In this document: piece after piece, positions 55,203 through 64,000 of the stretch | How positions within the stretch are numbered: the first letter of the stretch is position 1 | Layout of the letters: every line of letters starts with the position of its first letter | Origin: Acidobacteriota bacterium | Lineage (GTDB): Bacteria; Acidobacteriota; Thermoanaerobaculia; Multivoradales; UBA5704 | Reading direction: 5' to 3' | Assembly: GCA_040005235.1 (NCBI GenBank) | Contig: JBDTZG010000015.1 | Coordinates: forward strand, 39,821-103,820 | Length of the DNA stretch: 64,000 nucleotides | Translations under genes and position numbers: made by a program | The notes under the pieces: model-generated | Seen by the model: only the letters and a program-made list of their open reading frames with translations | What the model was told of the DNA's origin: nothing | Databases searched by the model: none

Positions 55203-56476
55203 TGGAGAGCCTGTTCGAACGTGCGTCCCGCGTGCTGCCCGGCGGCGTCAACTCTCCCGTGCGGGCGTTCCGCGGGGTGGGCGGTGATCCGGTGTTCGTC
55301 AAATCCGCCGAGGGCGCCTGGCTCGAAGGAGAAGACGGCCGGCGCTATCTTGATTTCATCGGCGGCTACGGCCCGCACATCCTGGGTCACCGGCACCCGG
55401 CGATCCTGGAGGCGGTGAGCGCGGCGCTCGGCCGCGGCACGACGTTTGGCGCGCCCACGCTCGGCGAGGTCGAGCTGGCGGAGCGGATCATCGAGGCGAT
55501 GCCCGCGATCGAGATGGTCCGCATGGTCAGCTCCGGCACCGAGGCGACGATGTCCGCCCTGCGGCTCGCGCGCGCCGCCACCGGTCGGTCGAGCTTCGTC
55601 AAGTTCATCGGCTGCTACCACGGCCATGCCGACCCGTTCCTGGTCGCCGCGGGCTCGGGCGCCGCGACGATCGGCGTCCCTTCTTCGCCGGGCGTTCCGG
55701 AGGCCGTGACCGCCGACACGCTTCTCGCGCCGTACAACGATCTCACCGCGGTCGAGGAACTGTTCGCCAAGCGCGGCGGCGAGATCGCCGCGGTGATCGT
55801 CGAGCCGATCGCCGGCAACATGAACCTGGTGCCGCCACTGCCAGGTTTCCTCGCCGGCCTTCGCGCCCTATGCGACGCCCACGGCTCCCTGTTGATTTTC
55901 GACGAGGTGATGACCGGCTTCCGAGTCGCCTTGGGCGGCGCCCAAGAGCTGTTCGCCATCCGGCCGGATCTCACCACCCTCGGCAAGGTGATCGGCGGCG
56001 GGCTGCCGCTCGCGGCCTACGGCGGCCGGCGCGACCTGATGCTCCAAATCGCCCCCGCCGGACCGGTCTACCAGGCGGGAACGCTCTCTGGAAACCCTCT
56101 CGCAGTGGCCGCTGGGGCCGCAGCGCTCGCGACCTTGAGCCGGCCCGAGGGCTGCGCCTACGAGAAGCTGGAATCGATCGGCGCCCGAATCGAAGAGGGT
56201 CTCCAATCGGCGGCCCGGCGCCACGGGTTGCCGCTCACGGTCCACCGCCAGGGCTCGATGCTCGGGATCTTCTTCACCGACCGGCCGATCCACCGGATGG
56301 AGGACGTCGAAGCCACCGACCGTGCCCGGTTCACCCGGGTCTTCCATCGCCTGCTGGACCACGGCCTTCACCTCCCTCCTTCGGCCTACGAGGCCTGCTT
56401 CCTCTCTCTCGCCCACGGCGAGGAGGAAATCGCCTTCGCGATCGACGCCTTCGACCGGGCGCTCGCGGCGGAATGA
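55202..56476 (+). CDS. hemL: Glutamate-1-semialdehyde 2,1-aminomutase
   Basis: PGGVNSPVRAF, SGTEATM, FDEVMTGFR, GKVIGGGLP, YQAGTLSGNP. Confidence 0.97.
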   Translation: MESLFERASRVLPGGVNSPVRAFRGVGGDPVFVKSAEGAWLEGEDGRRYLDFIGGYGPHILGHRHPAILEAVSAALGRGTTFGAPTLGEVELAERIIEAMPAIEMVRMVSSGTEATMSALRLARAATGRSSFVKFIGCYHGHADPFLVAAGSGAATIGVPSSPGVPEAVTADTLLAPYNDLTAVEELFAKRGGEIAAVIVEPIAGNMNLVPPLPGFLAGLRALCDAHGSLLIFDEVMTGFRVALGGAQELFAIRPDLTTLGKVIGGGLPLAAYGGRRDLMLQIAPAGPVYQAGTLSGNPLAVAAGAAALATLSRPEGCAYEKLESIGARIEEGLQSAARRHGLPLTVHRQGSMLGIFFTDRPIHRMEDVEATDRARFTRVFHRLLDHGLHLPPSAYEACFLSLAHGEEEIAFAIDAFDRALAAE

Positions 56477-56615
56477 TTCGCCGTCACGATCGGGGTGGAA
56501 TGCCCCCTAAACGACCGGCTATGCTACGTTTGCGGACCCTGGATCGGTATAAGATTTTCCCGCGGCGGGAGGACTCCTCCCTCGCCAGAGTTTGCGGCCT
56601 CGAGGAGGGCTTCGA

Positions 56616-56870
56616 ATGACGCACATCATCATGGAACCCTGCATCGGCGTGAAGGACACGGCTTGCGTCGATGTCTGTCCGGTCGATTGCATCTATGGCA
56701 AGAACGAGGATTGGGAGATTCTCTACATCCATCCGGAGGAGTGCATCGACTGCGGCCTGTGCGTCGATGCTTGCCCCGTGCAGGCGATCGTTCCTTTGGA
56801 AGAGGTCCCGGACAAGTGGAAGGCGTTTATCGCCAAGAATTACGAGCACTTCGGATTCACCCCTCCGTAG
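56616..56870 (+). CDS. Dicluster ferredoxin (FdxA type)
   Basis: CIGVKDTACVDVCPVDC and CIDCGLCVDACP. Confidence 0.92.
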   Translation: MTHIIMEPCIGVKDTACVDVCPVDCIYGKNEDWEILYIHPEECIDCGLCVDACPVQAIVPLEEVPDKWKAFIAKNYEHFGFTPP

Positions 56871-56919
56871 CCCGTTGAAGAGGGCCGGCTCCCCCGGCCC
56901 GAACTTGAAGCGCCAGACC

Positions 56920-56953
56920 AGAGAGACGCGGGCGACCGCGTCTCTCTTTTTTT
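56920..56953 (+). terminator. Intrinsic terminator
   Basis: AGAGAGACGCGG-GCGA-CCGCGTCTCTCT followed by a T run. Confidence 0.85.
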
Positions 56954-57005
56954 ATCTCCCGAATCTCTTCTGGGAATGACAAGATCTGCGCGTTGGTTTT
57001 ACAAG

Positions 57006-57024
57006 TTGAGCGCATCTCGCTCAA
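57006..57024. promoter_or_regulatory. HAIR-like inverted repeat (HspR/MerR-type operator)
   Basis: TTGAGC-N7-GCTCAA upstream of dnaJ-like/clpB; the HAIR consensus is CTTGAGT-N7-ACTCAAG. Confidence 0.65.
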
Positions 57025-57051
57025 GATTGAAGTGGATCAGGAGGGGCGCGA

Positions 57052-58035
57052 TTGGAGTTCAAGGACTACTACGAGACGTTGGGCGTCAAGCGAGACGCTT
57101 CCCAGGAGGAGATCCAGAAGGCCTACCGGAAGCTCGCGCGAAAGCTCCATCCGGACGTCAACAAGGATCCCAAGGCGGAAGCCCGCTTTAAGGAGGTCGG
57201 CGAGGCGAACGAGGTTTTGAAAGACCCCGAAAAGCGGAAGAAGTACGACCAATACGGTTCGGCCTGGAAATCCGCCCAGCAGACCGGCGCCACTCCTCCG
57301 GGCTGGGAGGGCTACGACTTTTCCGGCGGAACCGGCGGTTTCAGCGGCTTCGGCGGCGGCTCGGAGGGCTTCAGCTCGTTCTTCGACATGCTGTTCGGGG
57401 GAGGAGCGCCGGGGCGAGGCGGAGCGCGCGGCGGCTGGACGACGCAAGGGAGCCCGGGCGGCGGTTTCGGCCGCGATGGAGAAAGCTCCGAAGTGGCGCT
57501 CGAAATCACCCTGGAGGAGGCGCTCGTGGGCGGTTCCCGCGACCTCCAGCTGACCGATTCGCGCACCGGCCGGCCGCGAACGGTCTCGGTGAAGATCCCC
57601 AAGGGAATCCGCGCCGGGCAGAAGATCCGACTCGCCGGCCAGGGTTCCCCGGGCGTCGGCACCGGCCAGGCAGGCGACCTGCTGCTGCGCGTCGAGCTGG
57701 GCGCCCACCCGCGTTTCCAGGTCGATGGAACGAATCTGACCGTCGCCGTTCCGCTCGCCCCTTGGGAAGCGGCCCTCGGCACCGAGGCCGAGGTCGAAAC
57801 GCTCGACGGCACCGTCCGCCTGCGGGTGCCGCCCGCCACCTCGTCGGGGCGCAAGGTCCGCCTGCGCGGCAAGGGGCTCCCCCAGCCCGGCGGCGAGCGG
57901 GGCGACCTGTTTGCGGAATTCAAGATCGTGATGCCGGAATCGCTCACCGACGGCGAGCGCGCCCTATTCGAGCAGCTCGCCGCGGAATCCGCGTTCCGGC
58001 CCAGGGATAAGACCCCTCCGGAGGAGACCCACTAG
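57052..58035 (+). CDS. DnaJ/CbpA-type co-chaperone (class B, no Zn finger)
   Basis: J domain with HPD, G/F-rich region, C-terminal domain with LAPWEAALG. Confidence 0.92.
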   Translation: MEFKDYYETLGVKRDASQEEIQKAYRKLARKLHPDVNKDPKAEARFKEVGEANEVLKDPEKRKKYDQYGSAWKSAQQTGATPPGWEGYDFSGGTGGFSGFGGGSEGFSSFFDMLFGGGAPGRGGARGGWTTQGSPGGGFGRDGESSEVALEITLEEALVGGSRDLQLTDSRTGRPRTVSVKIPKGIRAGQKIRLAGQGSPGVGTGQAGDLLLRVELGAHPRFQVDGTNLTVAVPLAPWEAALGTEAEVETLDGTVRLRVPPATSSGRKVRLRGKGLPQPGGERGDLFAEFKIVMPESLTDGERALFEQLAAESAFRPRDKTPPEETH

Positions 58036-58039
58036 AGCC

Positions 58040-60685
<2,646 letters not shown>

Positions 60686-60755
60686 ACAGGTCGAGCCCGG
60701 CGAGGTGCCGGGCTCGTTCGACCGTGTTATTTTCCATCCCGCCCAGGTACCGGAA

Positions 60756-61046
60756 ATGGCGATCGAGCGAGAGATACTGGCCAAGCGAGATGAGATTCTT
60801 CGCCTGGCCTCTCAACACGGCGCGACTCGGGTCCGCGTTTTCGGTTCGGTTGCGAGAGGTGACTCCGGTCCCGACAGCGACCTCGACCTCTTGGTCGACA
60901 CCCGCCCACAAACCTCCGCCTGGTTCCCCGCAAGCTTGATTTTGGATCTGGAGGATCTTCTCGGACGCAAGGTGGATGTCGTGACTGAGCGGGCGCTTCA
61001 CCGCCTGCTCCGCGAACAGATCCTTGCCGAAGCCGTGCCACTTTGA
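60756..61046 (+). CDS. Minimal nucleotidyltransferase (MntA-type antitoxin), no HEPN partner
   Basis: VFGSVARGD..PDSDLDLLVD...LEDLLGRKVDVVT. Confidence 0.88.
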   Translation: MAIEREILAKRDEILRLASQHGATRVRVFGSVARGDSGPDSDLDLLVDTRPQTSAWFPASLILDLEDLLGRKVDVVTERALHRLLREQILAEAVPL

Positions 61047-61059
61047 CGAACTTACAGCC

Positions 61060-62118
61060 TCACATACCAAATAGTTGGAACAGCACTTTGGCAGCCTGAA
61101 CCGTTTGGTGCCCTAAACTGCCGAGCTGAATTACTTGTCGTGCCTTCTCAAGCCACTTCGCAACTCGACTCGTTTCGGGAGAATCTTCTTGCTCCAACTC
61201 ATCCTTCACATTCTTCACATTTCGAAAAGCTTCATCGCGATTTTCACCTGCTGGCTCTTCACTGAGCCTAACAAGGAGTTCCTCGAGCCCTGCGATTTGC
61301 TCTTGCCGTTCCCTAAATGACACCGCAATGCGAATAGAGTTAGTCGCACGATTACCATCTCCAAGTAGCGCTTGCGGTGAATTGGTAGCACTATAGGTTG
61401 GAGCATTAAGCGCGCCACCGGTCTGTACGACTATGCTCTGAGCAGGAAGGACTGACATCGTACTTGCTTTGCGCATCAGTTCTTCATAGAACTCCGCTGC
61501 GTTTCTCGCGAGATTGTAGCTGTGTTGCAGGAAACTGAGGCGATTCTTCAAGGTTGCGACTACGAGCTCATGCTCTTCGATCGAGATGACTACTGGTAAA
61601 TCGTCGAGCGACTCACCGCTTCTTACTCGGATCAGGTACTCCCTTAAGTCTTGACGGACACGCTCAGTCCCCACAATAACTCCCGAATCGGAGAGCGTAA
61701 ATTTGAAGGCGATCCGGCCAATGAACGTCGAATCAACCGAGAACGACACCCTGTAACCCTTCAATCTGGAATATTCTTCAAAACCTTTTAAAAGGTCGTG
61801 GAATATCGCTCGGCGGTCATCAGGTAGGTCAACGACTATGTACCCTCCAGTTCCAGAGCCGGCCGCTGTTCGCACGGCTGCTTCTTCCGCCTTCTGTTCC
61901 TCTTCGTAACGCCGATAGCGAGCTTCCTCCAGTTCCTCCTTCCGCCGTTCCGCTTCTTGATGCTCTAGGGACCGTTCCATTTCTATCTGTTTCGCACGCA
62001 GCGTCCGATCCAGCCTGCGCTCACGAGTCCAAGAACGGTAGACGAGAACGCCCCCCACTGTGCCTATCAACCAAGGGAGTAGCTGGAGTAGCTGGATCAT
62101 CAATTCGAGAGAGGACAT
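61060..62118 (-). CDS. Low-GC hypothetical protein: N-terminal TM, coiled coil, alpha/beta core, helical C-terminus
   Basis: 352-aa ORF with RBS GGAGG; visibly AT-richer than the flanks. Confidence 0.75.
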   Translation of the reverse strand: MSSLELMIQLLQLLPWLIGTVGGVLVYRSWTRERRLDRTLRAKQIEMERSLEHQEAERRKEELEEARYRRYEEEQKAEEAAVRTAAGSGTGGYIVVDLPDDRRAIFHDLLKGFEEYSRLKGYRVSFSVDSTFIGRIAFKFTLSDSGVIVGTERVRQDLREYLIRVRSGESLDDLPVVISIEEHELVVATLKNRLSFLQHSYNLARNAAEFYEELMRKASTMSVLPAQSIVVQTGGALNAPTYSATNSPQALLGDGNRATNSIRIAVSFRERQEQIAGLEELLVRLSEEPAGENRDEAFRNVKNVKDELEQEDSPETSRVAKWLEKARQVIQLGSLGHQTVQAAKVLFQLFGM

Positions 62119-62410
62119 TCTGGTAGCCTCCTAGCCCCCCGGCGCCGCTGCTTAGCAGGCCGCTATTGGGCGCCTTCGCTGTTTCTCCGACTCGCGCGCA
62201 ACTCTCGCCCCCAAAATGATCGCCAACTTCAGACCGCGTGTTCGTCTCCTCCCTCCTCTTACAGTTTATGCCACTAGCGTTTATTGGACCAACTGGATGA
62301 TTGCCGCCAATAGGCGTGGCTCGTCTGCGGGTCTCCGAAAGCGGGACGATGAGCTAAAATGGCACTCTCTTGGCCCTTGTTCTGAAATAGGAAAGTCCTC
62401 ATTGACCGCC

Positions 62411-62614
62411 ATGAAACCTCGCTCGATTTGCCTCCGTACCTGTCCCGCCTCACCTGGTCCGAGCGCTGACTTCCTACGGCTCGCCCGCGAACAGGGTGTC
62501 CGCCCTGTCGCTCGCCTCGAGGATCTGATGGGGGGCTGGCCAGTCGAAGAGCGGGAAGATGGCTTCGAAGAGATGTTGATGGAGTGGCGAAGCCTTCACA
62601 TGCCCCGTTCGTGA
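62411..62614 (+). CDS. Small antitoxin-like hypothetical protein, possibly a remnant
   Basis: LAREQGVRPV..LEDL..GWP..E..DGFEE.L.EWR resembles PIN-associated antitoxins (recollection only). Confidence 0.4.
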   Translation: MKPRSICLRTCPASPGPSADFLRLAREQGVRPVARLEDLMGGWPVEEREDGFEEMLMEWRSLHMPRS

Positions 62615-62739
62615 ATCACCACCCTGCCGAAGACCTTCGTTGGCGTTGGCCGGCCTCGTTTTTTCTGTTAGACCTCCGGCAGCGCACGTTGCGCGTCCGG
62701 CGCCAGCCGAGCGAGTCCGGGTGTTAGGATCTCGCCACG

Positions 62740-62952
62740 ATGCCTCGTCCAAGCGACTCCTACGGCTTCGCCCTCCCCGCTCCACAAGCGGAGTCCGATC
62801 CGGTCCTCTCGCCCCAATCTCCCGGAGTGGCAGAAGGAGAAGACGACGGCCTGATCCTCTGGATGCTCAGTTTGACGCCCCAGCAACGCCTGGAATCCGC
62901 TCAAGGCTTTGCGGATAGCGTGCTGGCGCTACGCAATGGCCGCCGCACTTAA
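62740..62952 (+). CDS. Small protein of the type that precedes nucleotidyltransferase genes
   Basis: DGLILWMLSLTPQQRL motif; overlaps the next gene. Confidence 0.6.
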   Translation: MPRPSDSYGFALPAPQAESDPVLSPQSPGVAEGEDDGLILWMLSLTPQQRLESAQGFADSVLALRNGRRT

Positions 62953-63427
62953 CTTCGCCAGGATTCTGGAAGTTCTCTCCCGCCATCGGGTGGAGTTTAT
63001 CCTGGTCGGCGGGGTCGCGGCCATCCTGGAAGGCGCGCCGGTGTCTACCTTGGATCTCGACATAGTGGCCCAGCCGACTCCAGAGGATCGGGAACGTCTG
63101 CTTGGGGCCTTGGAAGAGCTGCATGCCCGGTATCTCGACCCGGCTGGGCGGCATCTTGTGCCGGATGCCGGAAAGATCGAGACTCTCCGTATCCATCGGC
63201 TCTTGACCGACTTCGGCCCTTTGGACATCCTCGAAAGCATCGGCGACGGCATGACCTTCAAGGATCTCGTCGGGGAGACCTCTCTCTATGAGCTCGAAGG
63301 GATGACGGTCCGCGTACTCAACTTGGCCACCATCATTCGCTCCAAGGAAGCCGCCAACCGAGACAAGGACCGCGCCACCTTGCCGATCCTGCACCGGACG
63401 ATGCAGCTGCGAGAGTCCGATTCCTGA
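62936..63427 (+). CDS. Nucleotidyltransferase-fold protein (DUF6036-like)
   Basis: FILVGGVAA..EG...STLDLD; IIRSKEAANRDKD. Confidence 0.8.
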   Translation: MAAALNFARILEVLSRHRVEFILVGGVAAILEGAPVSTLDLDIVAQPTPEDRERLLGALEELHARYLDPAGRHLVPDAGKIETLRIHRLLTDFGPLDILESIGDGMTFKDLVGETSLYELEGMTVRVLNLATIIRSKEAANRDKDRATLPILHRTMQLRESDS

Positions 63428-63491
63428 GATTTGGTAACCCGATTCCGATCATCGGCGCGCGCCCGTGCGGTTCGGCGATTCGATGACTCGC

Positions 63492-63824
63492 TTACCTCGC
63501 CGGTTCGACCACCACCGCCGTGCCATAGCAGATCACCTCGGTCACGCCGTCCATCACCTCGTTGGCGTCGTACCGGACGCCAATGACGGCGTTCGCGCCG
63601 AGTTGCCCGGCGTGCTGCGCGAGAAGGCTGAACGCCTCGGAACGGGCTTTCTCGCACAACTCGGTGAACAGGGTGATGTTGCCTCCGACGAGAGTTTGAA
63701 GCGTCCCGCCGAGAGTGCCTACGATCGATCGCGACCGGACGGTCAAGCCGCGAACGATGCCGAGGTTGCGGATGATCCGGTAACCCGGTAACTCAAAAGC
63801 GGTGGTGGTCATCTCAAGGTTCAT
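63492..63824 (-). CDS. YbjQ/UPF0145-family protein
   Basis: [30 protein letters not shown]. Confidence 0.92.
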   Translation of the reverse strand: MNLEMTTTAFELPGYRIIRNLGIVRGLTVRSRSIVGTLGGTLQTLVGGNITLFTELCEKARSEAFSLLAQHAGQLGANAVIGVRYDANEVMDGVTEVICYGTAVVVEPAR

Positions 63825-63880
63825 GGTTCCTCTCCAGGATGAAGGTGATACTTCCGCCATTCGTCATCGCCGCGGCCCCA

Positions 63881-63943
63881 AAGTTCGTTCTCCAGCGCTT
63901 GAAGTTCGCTCGTGAGCGCCTCAAGTTCGCTTTTGAACGGTCG
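63881..63943. repeat. Three degenerate 21-bp tandem units
   Basis: AAGTTCG begins at 63881, 63902 and 63923. Confidence 0.6.
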
Positions 63944-64000
63944 AGCGGAACCTGTCAATGGTTTTGAGACACTTTTTGGGTTTCGGCTAAGGAAGAATCG

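Noticed and set aside
62119-62400. Cassette or attC boundaries around the low-GC gene
   Set aside because: No convincing RYYYAAC/GTTRRRY pair or inverted repeat found by eye.

Overview
GC-rich bacterial chromosomal window. The gene styles suggest Acidobacteriota, possibly Thermoanaerobaculia (inference only). It is mostly housekeeping genes: ligA, msrB, an M16 peptidase pair, tRNA-His/hisS/hutH, nagZ, mutS, tsaB/rimI, psd/pssA, hemB/hemL and dnaJ-like/clpB. Three regions stand out. (1) 3891-16486: a tightly coupled 7-gene minus-strand operon. It joins a GAP1-N2-like protein and a Zn-ribbon/DO-GTPase-like TRAFAC GTPase (families known from GTPase-centred conflict systems) to a membrane TPR protein and a very divergent SEDS (FtsW/RodA) plus transpeptidase pair with FHA-like domains. 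A LysM lytic transglycosylase abuts it tail-to-tail. This is a candidate undescribed GTPase-gated peptidoglycan-remodelling system. (2) 30023-33497: a tRNA-His lacking the near-universal G-1/C73 identity element (C-1, G1:U72, G73). It is co-transcribed with a divergent HisRS carrying the alphaproteobacterial-type PGPG motif-2 loop and with a histidine ammonia-lyase. (3) 16545-21174: an island with two displaced copies of the ligA 5' end, a shared junction motif, a 21/42-bp tandem repeat, an integron-integrase-like remnant and accessory cargo, suggesting repeated integration into the ligA 5' end. All family assignments come from motif recognition by eye; no database searches were run.
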